From the NCBI GenBank assembly GCA_045657485.1, contig JAZOTE010000063.1, forward strand, positions 107,395 through 171,394: a stretch of DNA of 64,000 bases, given 5' to 3'. This document shows positions 8,327-18,549 of the stretch, piece after piece (within the stretch, counting starts at the first letter, position 1; every line of letters starts with the position of its first letter). The translations under genes and the position numbers were made by a program. The notes beneath the pieces were generated by a model. The model was not told the DNA's origin, made no database searches, and saw only the letters and a list, made by a program, of their open reading frames with translations. The stretch comes from Eubacteriales bacterium (GTDB lineage: Bacteria; Bacillota; Clostridia; Oscillospirales; CAG-272).

Positions 8327-10444
8327 TTATCTTAAGAACTTGAACACAGGCTCGTTTCTGTCAACAGCCGTATCGGGGTCGTATACGAATCTTTCGCCCC
8401 TCGCGTCCGACTCCTCGATGTTGGAAAGAAGCTCCCAAAGGTATTCAAGGTTGATAGTCATCATTCTTAGGGTCTGGTGTCTGATAGATTCAAGACGGGA
8501 GTTTTCAACGAGGAGCATATGGCTCATTCTCGCCTCAATAAGTTCGCGAACACGTGCGATCATCTCTGTATTTGTGAGCTTTCCCTCCTTCGAATCTTTA
8601 TATAAACCGTAAAGGGTAAGCGCTTCAAACGCATAGGATTTTTGCTCGTTAATCGTTGCAACGAAGTTTTCGTTTACAACCGAGGTTTTTGCCTTATCGC
8701 TGTTAAAGAATTTAAGTGACTCCGAGCTTCTTGAAAGAATATCGTGAAGAAAGGTTACGTACCTATACTCATTCGACTCGATCTTTTTGATTATTTCCGC
8801 GATGTGATTTCTCGGGAAAGCAAGATCGGCTTTCTGGTAGCTGTAAATGTACTGTGCAAACTCGGAGATCGACGGCGGATTTTCGTCGTAGTTGTAGGAA
8901 TGCAATCTATGGCGAATGATCTGCCAGCTTTGATCTGCCTCTCTTCCGTGTAAGGGATAATTTATTTCGAAATATTTCTCGGCAAAATCAATTATTGCCT
9001 GTTCGGGATCGGTGATCGGATTCCAGTTGCCTTCTGCGAGAAAGGCGTAGTTATAGTCAAGCGCAGGCTCGTAGGTGGAATAGGAGATCATTCCCTCGTA
9101 GTTCAGCTCATTTGCCTTTTGTGCGCAATAGGCGATATTGAGCGTAGTGTCCGACCATCCCTGCCAATGCCAATAGCCGGACATAGGCTTTATAACAGCC
9201 TTTTCAAACGAATTGTTAAGCTTACCGCTAAGACCGCGGAAGAAGTCAACGCGAGCGCCGTAGTTCCACCAGTCCATAACGGTAACGTCGTAAACGCCCC
9301 CGTCCTTAAACTTTTGAGCGAGGTTTTCGTCAAGATTATCGAAGATATAAAGGTACATATCGTCATAAATGTAAACGTCCTTCATTCCTCTTTGCTTGAG
9401 GTGCTTAACGAGTTTTATTGCGTGCTCGGTGAAAATTTCGGGCTTCGATCTGTTTTTACACTTGTCACATTTGCAGAAGGCAGCGTCGCTGACCTCGTCA
9501 AGACCGACCGCAAATGAGGTGATACCATTAGGAGCGAGGTATCTGTCTATAATCTCGTCGTAAAGCGTGTAAAGAGTTTCATACACCTGCTCGTTTGCCG
9601 TGCAGAAGCCGCTGTTCGTAGGCTTTCCATCCGCGTCAAGAGCGGAAAGTTCGGGCTTTACACGAGGAAGCAGAGTGTTATGACCGAAGCTGTTAAAGAG
9701 GGGGAATACCTCAACGTTTTTGGTTTTACCGTATTTCACGACCTCGCCAAAGAAGTCCTTTTCGTACATTTCGGGCAGGGTGAAGGGAATATTCACCCAT
9801 TTGCCCTGCTTGACGGAATAGTATTTTCTGGGTTTGGGATTGCGGAATTCGGGCATGGATTTGAAGGGAATATATTGCTGCTCGGATTTCATATCGTCGT
9901 ACTGTTTTGACCACGAGCCGTAAACCGCAACCTCCATTTTGTTCAATTTGAGCTTTGCGAAATCGTCAATAGCCGCCTTGTAGTCCTCAAGGGTCATAAA
10001 GTCGTTGTAGCGGCTCTCAATAAGTACACCGCGCTTTGTGAATCTGGGGTAGTCGACTATCTCGCAAAGTGGAAGATATATCGAAGCACCCTTTACTTCA
10101 ACAAGCTCCATAAGAGTTACAGCGGCATAGTATGCGGACTTTTCGGCAGAGCAAACAAGCTCAGCGCAATTTTCCGAGATCTTAACGGCGTAAGCCTCGT
10201 CTCCCTTGCCCGAGATGCGTGCGTCGGCACTGTCGATAGAAAGAGAGATCTTGAAGCTCCCCTCAAAAGGCGGATATATCGCACATTTATTATTAAATTC
10301 CGATGCAATAAAATCAAGAGCCGAGGTGATGATCTCGCCCGAGCAGTTCGAGCAAACGGTGAAATCGGCGGATGAGATCGAGCCGATCTTAACAAGACCG
10401 CCAAAATCCTTTACTTCTCTTGGTGTTGGGAAAAACTTTTTCAT
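8327..10444 (-). CDS. GH20-like (hexosaminidase-related) protein
   Basis: Start moved to the ATG at 10444, preceded by GGAGGA. Contains FPTPREV N-terminus, NSFGHN, VGLDEV and FCKCDKCK blocks. Confidence 0.45.
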   Translation of the reverse strand: MKKFFPTPREVKDFGGLVKIGSISSADFTVCSNCSGEIITSALDFIASEFNNKCAIYPPFEGSFKISLSIDSADARISGKGDEAYAVKISENCAELVCSAEKSAYYAAVTLMELVEVKGASIYLPLCEIVDYPRFTKRGVLIESRYNDFMTLEDYKAAIDDFAKLKLNKMEVAVYGSWSKQYDDMKSEQQYIPFKSMPEFRNPKPRKYYSVKQGKWVNIPFTLPEMYEKDFFGEVVKYGKTKNVEVFPLFNSFGHNTLLPRVKPELSALDADGKPTNSGFCTANEQVYETLYTLYDEIIDRYLAPNGITSFAVGLDEVSDAAFCKCDKCKNRSKPEIFTEHAIKLVKHLKQRGMKDVYIYDDMYLYIFDNLDENLAQKFKDGGVYDVTVMDWWNYGARVDFFRGLSGKLNNSFEKAVIKPMSGYWHWQGWSDTTLNIAYCAQKANELNYEGMISYSTYEPALDYNYAFLAEGNWNPITDPEQAIIDFAEKYFEINYPLHGREADQSWQIIRHRLHSYNYDENPPSISEFAQYIYSYQKADLAFPRNHIAEIIKKIESNEYRYVTFLHDILSRSSESLKFFNSDKAKTSVVNENFVATINEQKSYAFEALTLYGLYKDSKEGKLTNTEMIARVRELIEARMSHMLLVENSRLESIRHQTLRMMTINLEYLWELLSNIEESDARGERFVYDPDTAVDRNEPVFKFLR

Positions 10445-11880
10445 TATTTTGTCCTCCGGCAATCATAAACTATTCTGCCGTCCGCCTCCCAAATTCCCTT
10501 TTCAGTTTTTTCAGAGGGGATCTCGTCGTAGTGGGCAGAATATTTAATTTCTTTTGCGTCTTCGTTATCGGCAAAAATCACGCCTCGCCTGATATGGACG
10601 CTCTTATTTTTATCATCCAGAAGCGCAAGCGCGCCTACACCGAACATATTTATGTTATTAAGGTAAATATTGTGGGCGAAGTCGCCTTCTCTCATAACGC
10701 TGAAATCTATAAGCTGTGAGTTTTCCTTGCTTGAAGGACGGAAATAAACGTCGGAAACGGTTAGGTTCTCGATCTTAGCTCCGCTTTTAGCACTTGCCCA
10801 GCCGTCGGGTGTTGTTGCGATAACCGACTTGCAGGCATCCGCCGCATAAACGCCGGATACGAGAGAATCACGCAAGGTGGACTGAATATACACCGCTCTT
10901 GTGCTATACTTCGCATTGATATTTCGAATTGTGATATTATATGTTTCTCCAAGTATTGAATGGCGAATCGCTGCGTAGTAATTATTACCTACTGCAACGA
11001 GAGCATAACGCTCAAAGTTGTCGTTTGCCGCAGGCCGAATAAAATCTGTATCTCTTATATTTTCAATATTGATGTTATAAAGCTTCGCGCCGTTGTGGTT
11101 TCTGAGCGCGACCAGTGGGTGACGTACAGCCGCGCCGCTGATATTTCTTATGGTGACGTCGTGGATATCCCAATCGTGACCTTCAACGACAACGGGATAG
11201 TCAATATTAAAGCCAACCTTTCTATCCGTATCAATGGCGGAAAGGGCGATCATATCGTCGCCTGTTTGACCGTGGATATTTTCGATCAGAATATCGTGGC
11301 AGCCGTTACGGAGATTTATACCGTCCTGATTTCTTCTGTCTTGTTTGACGCTAAAGAATATATCGCGAATGATTCCTTTTGAGCAAAATTGGAATCTCAT
11401 ACCCCAATATCTTTGATTTATAATGGAAATGTTTTCGACCTTGAAGCCCTCAACGTTAATAAAGAAAATTGGGGTGTTGAGGCGGACGGGTACGCCAAGC
11501 TCCTTCTGGGTTGCCTCGTTAAGAGCTGTTGGGTTTCCGCCGTCGAGAACAGCGACTCCCTTACCGTGAATGTTGATGCCATACATACGCTCTTCGAGCT
11601 TTGTTCCTCGCTCTGTGAAAAGATTATCCGAGCAGAAGAAACCGCCTACAACGTCGTCTGCCATAACCATATAGCAGTTATCAAGCTCGATGCACATTTC
11701 GGAGGGGAGACGGATAGTTTTGTTTATCACCCACTCTGTCTCGCCTCGCCTTGCGTTGAGTCTTGGAATAACGACCTTGTTAATTCCTCGCTTTGCGGCG
11801 AGATCAACGGCGTTCTGAATTGATTCGGAGTCGGTTTTACCGATTGTATCATTCGGTGAAATGAAGTTTAAAATTTCCAT
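10444..11880 (-). CDS. GH28-like beta-helix glycosidase
   Basis: NQDGINL and GDDMIAL catalytic-type motifs. The TAA stop overlaps the next ATG (TAATG), suggesting translational coupling. Confidence 0.55.
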   Translation of the reverse strand: MEILNFISPNDTIGKTDSESIQNAVDLAAKRGINKVVIPRLNARRGETEWVINKTIRLPSEMCIELDNCYMVMADDVVGGFFCSDNLFTERGTKLEERMYGINIHGKGVAVLDGGNPTALNEATQKELGVPVRLNTPIFFINVEGFKVENISIINQRYWGMRFQFCSKGIIRDIFFSVKQDRRNQDGINLRNGCHDILIENIHGQTGDDMIALSAIDTDRKVGFNIDYPVVVEGHDWDIHDVTIRNISGAAVRHPLVALRNHNGAKLYNINIENIRDTDFIRPAANDNFERYALVAVGNNYYAAIRHSILGETYNITIRNINAKYSTRAVYIQSTLRDSLVSGVYAADACKSVIATTPDGWASAKSGAKIENLTVSDVYFRPSSKENSQLIDFSVMREGDFAHNIYLNNINMFGVGALALLDDKNKSVHIRRGVIFADNEDAKEIKYSAHYDEIPSEKTEKGIWEADGRIVYDCRRTK

Positions 11881-11995
11881 AAAAGCCGCCTAAGTTTATT
11901 TTGCTAAAATAAATAAATTATCTTCTTGACATTATTGTACATTTAAAGTATAATTAAAACAAGGGTACTTTTTGCTTTTTTTAGGGGCGATTTTT

Positions 11996-12874
11996 ATGAA
12001 TATTACAAAAAACATAGCTGAATATATCAGCGCGTTGTATAGCATTCATGATGCAGGAACTCAAACGGAGATACATAGGCACGACAATGCGCTGGGCGGA
12101 TCGGACTTTGAGCTCGTCTACGTTGTTTCGGGATACGCTAAAAACGTTATAACAGGACAAGAACCCAAAAGCATCTCGGCGGGAGATTATTTTTTCCTTG
12201 ACGGAGGAATAGAGCATTGCTATCTCGTTGAAGAGGGCGAAGATCTCATGATCATAAATCTTATTTTTGATAACAGAGCCGTGGACCTCTGGCACAAGAG
12301 GGTGAATTCACTTGCAGAGCTTGCTTCCTTCTACGGAATAAATCCGAAAACCGACGACAACCGTGTACGCTACGATTTTTACTTTAAGGACGACAAGGAC
12401 GAATCTGTCAAAAGGCTCTTTACCGAGATAGACTCAGAGCTTTCCGCGAGACTTCCCGGATATTACGAGGCTGTTCGTTGCAGGCTGATGGAGATACTTA
12501 TAAAGGGATTTCGACAATATTTCAACAGGGATACGACGATCCAATGCTCACCGGACGTAAGGTACGTGATCAACTATCTTACGGCATTTTATATGGAGAG
12601 CACCACTCTTTCTTCGCTTGCAAAAGAACTACGTTTAAGCCTGCCTTATCTATCAAAGAAATTCAAGGAAGAGGTTGGTCAAACGTACCTTGAGTATCTT
12701 CACGCAAGAAGGATAAGCGAAAGCTGTCGCATGCTCTCAACCTCGGATGTTCCAATCGAGAGCATTGCGGAATTTATAGGTTATTCCGACTCGAAAAAAT
12801 ATCGGGAAAAATTCAAGGAGATAGTGGGAATTTCTCCGCGGGAATACAGAAAAAGACGTCGCGATCAAAATTAA
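11996..12874 (+). CDS. AraC family transcriptional regulator (cupin + double HTH)
   Basis: C-terminal HTH region reads ...ESIAEFIGYSDSKKYREKFKEIVGISPREYRK. Divergent from the GH operon. Confidence 0.8.
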   Translation: MNITKNIAEYISALYSIHDAGTQTEIHRHDNALGGSDFELVYVVSGYAKNVITGQEPKSISAGDYFFLDGGIEHCYLVEEGEDLMIINLIFDNRAVDLWHKRVNSLAELASFYGINPKTDDNRVRYDFYFKDDKDESVKRLFTEIDSELSARLPGYYEAVRCRLMEILIKGFRQYFNRDTTIQCSPDVRYVINYLTAFYMESTTLSSLAKELRLSLPYLSKKFKEEVGQTYLEYLHARRISESCRMLSTSDVPIESIAEFIGYSDSKKYREKFKEIVGISPREYRKRRRDQN

Positions 12875-12915
12875 TTAAAATGTTTTAGATCGGATGTGCA
12901 AAACACAGCGATAGT

Positions 12916-13003
12916 AAAAGAGCAAGAACAAAAGGATACTGCGTCACCTCAAAAGCGTATTGCCTTGGGGTCAAGCTCATAATCCTTTTATTCTTGCTCT
13001 TTT
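12916..13003. terminator. Long inverted repeat between convergent genes
   Basis: AAAAGAGCAAGAACAAAAGGAT ... ATCCTTTTATTCTTGCTCTTTT. Confidence 0.45.
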
Positions 13004-13033
13004 TGCGTCGCGCGACGAATTTCGCCCTAAAAA

Positions 13034-14572
13034 TTACAGTCCCTTTATGTATTTATCTATTTCAAACAACCTGTTTGCAGTACCTATCAGGCAATTGATC
13101 CACAATTCGCCGCCCGTTTCTCTGCAATCCTTCGTTCTCCAGTGAGTAGGTATCAATCCGGTTTTTGTGTTTTGCATTCTTGTGATAGAATCAGCCAAGG
13201 CCTTTGCCTTTTCTAAATAAATCGGATATTTGGTAAGCTTATGCATATTTAGAAACGACGACATAATTCCCGCGGTTGAGGAATCGATCGGGACGTACCA
13301 CGCGTATTGCTCAAGACCGGCAGGGTACGACCAATTATCCGTGTTGTCGTGCTTATGATACTTTAATGGTTTATCCCAAACGACAAACTGGTCCTCTATG
13401 TACCTCATCAACTCCTTGGCACACTCGATTTTTTCGGGGTCGTCTCCGTGGTGGTTGGCGATGTCTCTGATAATTGCGCTTGCGGTGAAATGGGTCATAT
13501 TGGAATAATGCTGTGATAGGACCGCATCCTCAAACTGACCCTCCCAATGGAAGTCCTTGATGGTGTTTTTCCAAATATATTCCATTCCGCCTTCTGCGAG
13601 AGCTTTATATTTCTTGTCGTTTGTAATTGCGTACGCCTTGTATAAGAATCCGCAAATTCCGGACGGTACGCTGTATTGCGGTACGAGCGAATCGCCCGTG
13701 TCAACGGAAAGCATTTGATGCCAGGTGCCGTTTTCACAAACGTGGGCTTTATAATACTCCGCGATTTTAATCGCCGCATCCAGGTATTTTGCGTTGTTGG
13801 TCACACGGTAGAGGTTTAAATAAGCAGATCCTGCGCTGCAAGGATAGATCAGCATGGTAGTATTGAGTCTTTTTCCTACTACGTGGTGACTTTTCATATT
13901 GTTATCAAGATCGGGAATGCAATAATAAGTTGGCGGTAATCCTTCTATGGGTGAACCCTTGGGAGCTGACGCCTGTATCATGAAATCCGCCGCGTTTTTT
14001 GCGATAGTCATAGCCTTTTCGGCATTTTCCGGACTTAATTTAGAATAGTTAATCATGGCGTCTATGATGGCGGAATTCATTTTGGTCAAGAATATACCGA
14101 GATGATAGTCTGTGTTGTATTTTCCTTCAGCCCAATCGCTGATATAAGGATCTGTCAATAAATAATCGTATACCTTTTTTGCACACGCGCCGTAGTCCAA
14201 AGCCTTGGGAGGATATTCACCGGTGAAGGGCGCGGATTTATGAAAGCTTCTTGCGCCTACCGTTGCGATTCTGTTGCCTTTACTGTCTAATGCATATGCG
14301 TAAAGCTGAATCTGACCTACCTCCAACTCGTTCCAAATAGGAGTTAAAAGGGCGTAGGAATCATCCGTTGCAAAGGAATGCTTCGTTCCGCTTTCGTCCT
14401 CCGCTTCAAACAGATAGCTCGTGCAACCCGAAAGCGGCGCGAAATCAAACGAAGGGCAGTACATAAACGCTTGAGCCTGAATATTCCAAAAGGCGTTACC
14501 GTTTACGCCGCCTCTGCGTATTGCGAAATCCGGATTGTTGTATTCTTCCAGTGCTATTTTTTTAAAATTCAT
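13034..14572 (-). CDS. Hypothetical 512-aa protein (possible polysaccharide-active enzyme); parent of the fragment at 29333-29752
   Basis: Long ORF. Start chosen at MNFKK with AAGGG upstream. No motif I can name. Confidence 0.5.
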   Translation of the reverse strand: MNFKKIALEEYNNPDFAIRRGGVNGNAFWNIQAQAFMYCPSFDFAPLSGCTSYLFEAEDESGTKHSFATDDSYALLTPIWNELEVGQIQLYAYALDSKGNRIATVGARSFHKSAPFTGEYPPKALDYGACAKKVYDYLLTDPYISDWAEGKYNTDYHLGIFLTKMNSAIIDAMINYSKLSPENAEKAMTIAKNAADFMIQASAPKGSPIEGLPPTYYCIPDLDNNMKSHHVVGKRLNTTMLIYPCSAGSAYLNLYRVTNNAKYLDAAIKIAEYYKAHVCENGTWHQMLSVDTGDSLVPQYSVPSGICGFLYKAYAITNDKKYKALAEGGMEYIWKNTIKDFHWEGQFEDAVLSQHYSNMTHFTASAIIRDIANHHGDDPEKIECAKELMRYIEDQFVVWDKPLKYHKHDNTDNWSYPAGLEQYAWYVPIDSSTAGIMSSFLNMHKLTKYPIYLEKAKALADSITRMQNTKTGLIPTHWRTKDCRETGGELWINCLIGTANRLFEIDKYIKGL

Positions 14573-14918
14573 AATAACACACCCTTTGCTTTGATGTTTT
14601 TTATATTTTACCAATATGAATTCTGATTGTGAATATAAAAAGTTAGTTATTTTTTACTTTTACACGGGTTTTAAGTGGGCTATCAATTCCTAATATCACG
14701 CGTGCTGCATTTGCGCGTATACGGTTATTACTATGGCGTGGATATTTAAAACAGTAAAACGGAGTGATATAACGAAATTTTCCTGCGGAAATCCATACCT
14801 CGCATATATCAGCTCGTATCGGTAGGTGGTTATGACAATCGGGTATATGATTTTTGTGGGAGTCGAAAACTGCAAAGCCTATACTATCCAAGATTTTACG
14901 ATCATCTGGGCGTCAGAT

Positions 14919-15446
14919 TCAGGATCGCCTCTTTCGCAGCTCCGGTATCACGTCGTAGGTTATCAGAGAATATATGAGAGAGGTGAACGCCAAAGTGTCA
15001 CCGATACACGATCCGATGGCTCCGCTTGATATATTGTATATAAAGCAAAACGGACAGCATATCAGGGATAGTATTCTGATGCTTTTTTCGTTTTTCAGCC
15101 AAAGTGCATCCGTCTGAAGCGCAACTCCTGCTATTAGAAAAAGGCTGAATACGTTCTGATAAAGCAAAAGTCCCGTACCTATGATCACTATATTGTTAAC
15201 CGTAAATATCAGAGGCTTGTGCTTTTTTAGTTTCGGCCGCTCGATGTTTTGAGCGACAAAGGTTGAAACCGCACCGACAACGTCAAGAACCGCTCCCGCA
15301 AAAGCGCCTAAAAGTACGTACTGAACTATATATAGTAAGCGCGAGCTGAGATTAAGGGCGAGTATGTAGCTTCTTTTCTTTTGCAAATAACCTAAAAGAA
15401 AGAGGGCAACCGCCAAAATACCGGCAATAAAAGCAATCTTTTCCAT
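14919..15446 (-). CDS. YgjV-like inner membrane protein
   Basis: Multi-TM, 175 aa. Paralogous to 35435-35971 and to the fragment at 16437. Confidence 0.55.
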   Translation of the reverse strand: MEKIAFIAGILAVALFLLGYLQKKRSYILALNLSSRLLYIVQYVLLGAFAGAVLDVVGAVSTFVAQNIERPKLKKHKPLIFTVNNIVIIGTGLLLYQNVFSLFLIAGVALQTDALWLKNEKSIRILSLICCPFCFIYNISSGAIGSCIGDTLAFTSLIYSLITYDVIPELRKRRS

Positions 15447-15666
15447 TATTTCACCTGTGATTGTAGTTTAAAAAGAGAATATGCGAAATAGGGCACTTAA
15501 AAAAAGAGAGGGAAGAAATGTTTGTTTTTCGTTATAACGAAAACAGTATTCGATCCTTCAAAATAACTGTTGTACTTATTATACCAAGCTTTTTGACTTT
15601 TGTAAATAAGTTTGTCGATTTTTCTCTGATATACGGGCAAGCAGATGAATATAATCCGCAAACGTC

Positions 15667-15695
15667 TTGCAATAGCTTTACAAAAGTGCTATAAT
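15667..15695 (+). promoter_or_regulatory. Sigma-A-type promoter
   Basis: TTGCAA-N17-TATAAT. Confidence 0.5.
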
Positions 15696-15762
15696 ACGAT
15701 ATGTAACGGGGACTCTCACCGCTTTTGCGGTTCTTCGTTTAATAAATAAGGCTGGCGGTTGT

Positions 15763-16398
15763 ATGATAGGCTGTAATTTTAGGAAAACAAATTATAATAC
15801 CAAAATTTACGGAATAGATCAGAGAGGGGAAGTGCGGCTTCGCCGCGCAGCGATTTTTTCCGCTTTGATGTTTGGTTGGATATTGATCTGGGCATTGGTA
15901 TTTAAACTTGGAAGCGAGATCTTAATGCTCCGAAATTACCACAATTTAAAGGATATGACCATCGGGGAGAGATTGATTTGGGATTTAATTCCCTTTAACT
16001 ACCGTGGGGATGAGTATTGGATAATGCGTCAGAAGATTGATACCGTCCTCAACTGTTTCGTGTTTAGTCCATTTGGCGTGTTTTTCTCCTACGCTTTTAA
16101 AAAGGGCAGAATAATTTACGGATTGCCCCTTTGCTTCGCTATTTGCGTCACGGTGGAAATTTTGCAATTATTCACTTTACTCGGAAACTTTGCCACCGAG
16201 GATTTCATCACCAATATTGCCGGATATTTTATAGGACTGATAATTTATCTTATCATTTTCAAACGATTGAGTGTCACACAAAGTACCGCTTTTTTCAGAG
16301 TGATAAACGTACTTCTCGCTATCTTAACGATCTTTTCGGTAGGTACGATTATTTATACTCGCGACGTGATAGTGGGAATAATTACACGTGCTTTCTGA
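15763..16398 (+). CDS. VanZ-like family membrane protein
   Basis: Blocks ...NCFVFSPFG...VEILQLF...EDFITNIAGYFIG. Confidence 0.55.
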   Translation: MIGCNFRKTNYNTKIYGIDQRGEVRLRRAAIFSALMFGWILIWALVFKLGSEILMLRNYHNLKDMTIGERLIWDLIPFNYRGDEYWIMRQKIDTVLNCFVFSPFGVFFSYAFKKGRIIYGLPLCFAICVTVEILQLFTLLGNFATEDFITNIAGYFIGLIIYLIIFKRLSVTQSTAFFRVINVLLAILTIFSVGTIIYTRDVIVGIITRAF

Positions 16399-16436
16399 TA
16401 GTTTTGAAAAAATCGTAAACTTACTAAGGATTAATA

Positions 16437-16510
16437 TGAACGTACCTGCATTAATCACCGGACTTCTGGGTGTTGCGCTCTATCTTCTGTGCTTTCAGCT
16501 AAAGGATGCA
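16437..16510 (+). pseudogene. 5' fragment of a YgjV-like gene
   Basis: MNVPALITGLLGVALYLLCFQLKD matches the N-terminus of 35435-35971 at both nucleotide and protein level. Similarity stops at about 16510. Confidence 0.55.
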
Positions 16511-16782
16511 AAGGCTAGGACTTCTGCAACCGTGCCTAAAGCACAACACCCACGAGATAAATAAGATAATTGAGATTATGATGAAAAATCTTAGGGGCTA
16601 TAATGGTGGCATTGCTTGGGAGAGTGCTATGAAAGAAGTAAACCAATTGATAGCTGAGTGCGAAGCAAAAGGTATTATGAAGAGGTTATAATGTTATGGG
16701 TGAAGTATTTTTAAAAAGATAATAGATAGAGAGTTTGAGACACTAACGGTTGATGAACTGAAGGTAAGACAACTTTACGTCG

Positions 16783-17010
16783 AAATGATGGGACTCATAC
16801 TCACGACGAGCTACGCCTCTGCGCTACGCTTGAGGCTGTGTGCTTTGCACCTTGTTGTGTTACACGCAACGCTCGTGGAGCAATCTTCACAGATTTGCTT
16901 GCAAGCGAGCTTGCAGACTCGCTCTCTGTCGATTATTCGGCGCAGGTAACAACCCCATGGTAGGAATGATCGTTGCCGTTGCAGTTGCTATCGAAGAGGC
17001 ATCCAAGTAA
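16783..17010 (+). repeat. Module C: arm + core GGCGCAGGTAAC (16939-16950) + tail GAGNNPMVGMIVAVAVAIEEASK*
   Basis: Aligns with module A over about 228 bp. Tail differences from A are mostly synonymous. Confidence 0.75.
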
Positions 17011-17098
17011 TGCCTTGATTTTCAAGGTTTTTTGAGATTTATAGAGCTTTATGTGAGCTTTGTAAAAATCATTTCGCCCAAAATCTCAAATAAAAAAG

Positions 17099-17125
17099 TT
17101 GGACACATCATAAACGTATTTCCGC
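17099..17125. repeat. H4: left arm and part of the loop of the hairpin (same subtype as H5), truncated
   Basis: TTGGACACATCATAAACGTATTT is identical to the H5 left half. The right arm is missing. Confidence 0.6.
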
Positions 17126-17165
17126 AGGTGAAGAATACATAATTCGCTTCTTCGGCATTATTCAT
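17121..17165 (-). pseudogene. 5' stub of an unknown gene (RBS + ~15 codons) fused to the H4 loop
   Basis: GGAGGAAGG, then ATG MNNAEEANYVFFTCG, after which the frame runs through the hairpin arm. Confidence 0.3.
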
Positions 17166-17498
17166 GTGGAGCCTTCCTCCTTGAATGACAGTTTTGAGCT
17201 CAACATAACTATACCAAATTCTGCCAGCGAATACGAGAGTTGAACATATACTGTTTCAAATTAAAACTATCACAAACAGGACGAAAATCTCACTCAATTC
17301 ATCCCCTCTTTTGGATTTTTATTTGATGATTCCCATTGCCAAAAGGGCGTAAAGATGGTATCATACACGCGCGGACAAAAATAAATTCGTCCACATTGTG
17401 TCCACAAAGGCACAAACAAAAAAGCGTTAAAAACTAACCAATAAGAGATTTGAAGAGGACTTTTTCTTCGTAATTCACCGCGCGTCCAACGCGCGTTC

Positions 17499-17510
17499 GG
17501 CGTAGGTAAC
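17499..17510 (+). repeat. Decayed fifth copy of the core (GGCGTAGGTAAC)
   Basis: The left flank ttcGGCG.AGGTAAC matches module C. The right flank is only weakly similar to the tail. Confidence 0.35.
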
Positions 17511-17625
17511 TATGCCGTCGGGCTTCGCGCTCGCTTTGCCTTGTCTTGAACGATTTCTCCGAATCAGCATAATCGCCTTGTCTTACTTTTGCTTTATTTC
17601 AATAAAAACATTTTAGGAGTCCACT

Positions 17626-18438
17626 ATGAATTTTGATAACGTAAAATTTGATATTATCCTGCTTGCAGGTCAATCTAACGCGGAAGGCTCCGGCTATGGG
17701 CCGCTTGTAGAGGAGCATCTGCCGGATGGCGTTTTATACCGTATGTCCGGTCTCGGAAAGGGCGATGGATATATTGAGGGAATGTGGCATCTTTCTCTTC
17801 CTGTAGACGTCACGATCGAGGAAGTGGATTCTCGTGAAAAATACGATTTCGCCGTTTCCTTTGCGCGCGAGTACCGTCGCTTGGGACTTCTCGCAGAGGA
17901 TCGCAAGCTCCTCATTCTCCACACCGCGCTTGGCGCTACGTCGTTTATGGCCGAGCAGTGGACGCCGATGGGGCTCTGCTATCGCCGTATGCTCTATCTT
18001 CTGGACTGCGCCTTAAATCTGAACCCCGAAAACCGCGTGGTTGCGATGCTTTGGCATCAGGGCGAATCGGATGCCTCGCGCGGTGCTACGGAGCAGATGC
18101 ATTATAAAAATCTCTGCTATCTTTTTGAAAATACGAGAAAGCGCGTAGGCAATAATATTCCAATCATCACGGCAGACTTCTGCGCCGATTGGAAGAGCGA
18201 AAAAGCGGAGGCCTGTGCTCCCATCGTGGCGGCCATTCGCCGCGCAACCGAAGCGTTCGGCGGTGTATTCATCGAAACCGCAGACCTCCCCTCCAACGCG
18301 CAGGACAAGGCCGATCCCGAGGATCATATCCATTTTTCCGGAAAATCTCTTGAAATTCTCGGAAAACGATATTTTGAAGCATTCAATATGATAAGAAGTA
18401 AATCGTCAGAGCCCTTGCAGGCAAAGAGCGTGTCATGA
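17626..18438 (+). CDS. SASA-type (sialate O-acetylesterase-like, SGNH) carbohydrate esterase
   Basis: [10 protein letters not shown] and LWHQGESD motifs. Confidence 0.7.
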   Translation: MNFDNVKFDIILLAGQSNAEGSGYGPLVEEHLPDGVLYRMSGLGKGDGYIEGMWHLSLPVDVTIEEVDSREKYDFAVSFAREYRRLGLLAEDRKLLILHTALGATSFMAEQWTPMGLCYRRMLYLLDCALNLNPENRVVAMLWHQGESDASRGATEQMHYKNLCYLFENTRKRVGNNIPIITADFCADWKSEKAEACAPIVAAIRRATEAFGGVFIETADLPSNAQDKADPEDHIHFSGKSLEILGKRYFEAFNMIRSKSSEPLQAKSVS

Positions 18439-18549
18439 AGGCTTATGAAGAAGCGGTAAAGGAGGAGTATCGTTTCTTCTCCTTCGGCGACGCGATGCTG
18501 ATTGTATAAATCGCCCAATACTGCGTTGAAGCATCGACTTGTCGCCCTC

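Noticed and set aside
14643-14891. 82-aa ORF in the gap between 14572 and 14919 as a possible transposase or nuclease fragment
   Set aside because: I can name no recognisable motif and there is no RBS. It is left unannotated, although the 300-bp gap may hide a gene remnant.
16578-16691. Small ORF MMKNLRGYNGGIAWESAMKEVNQLIAECEAKGIMKRL
   Set aside because: It has no convincing RBS and lies in junction DNA between the YgjV fragment and module C. It cannot be supported without homologs.
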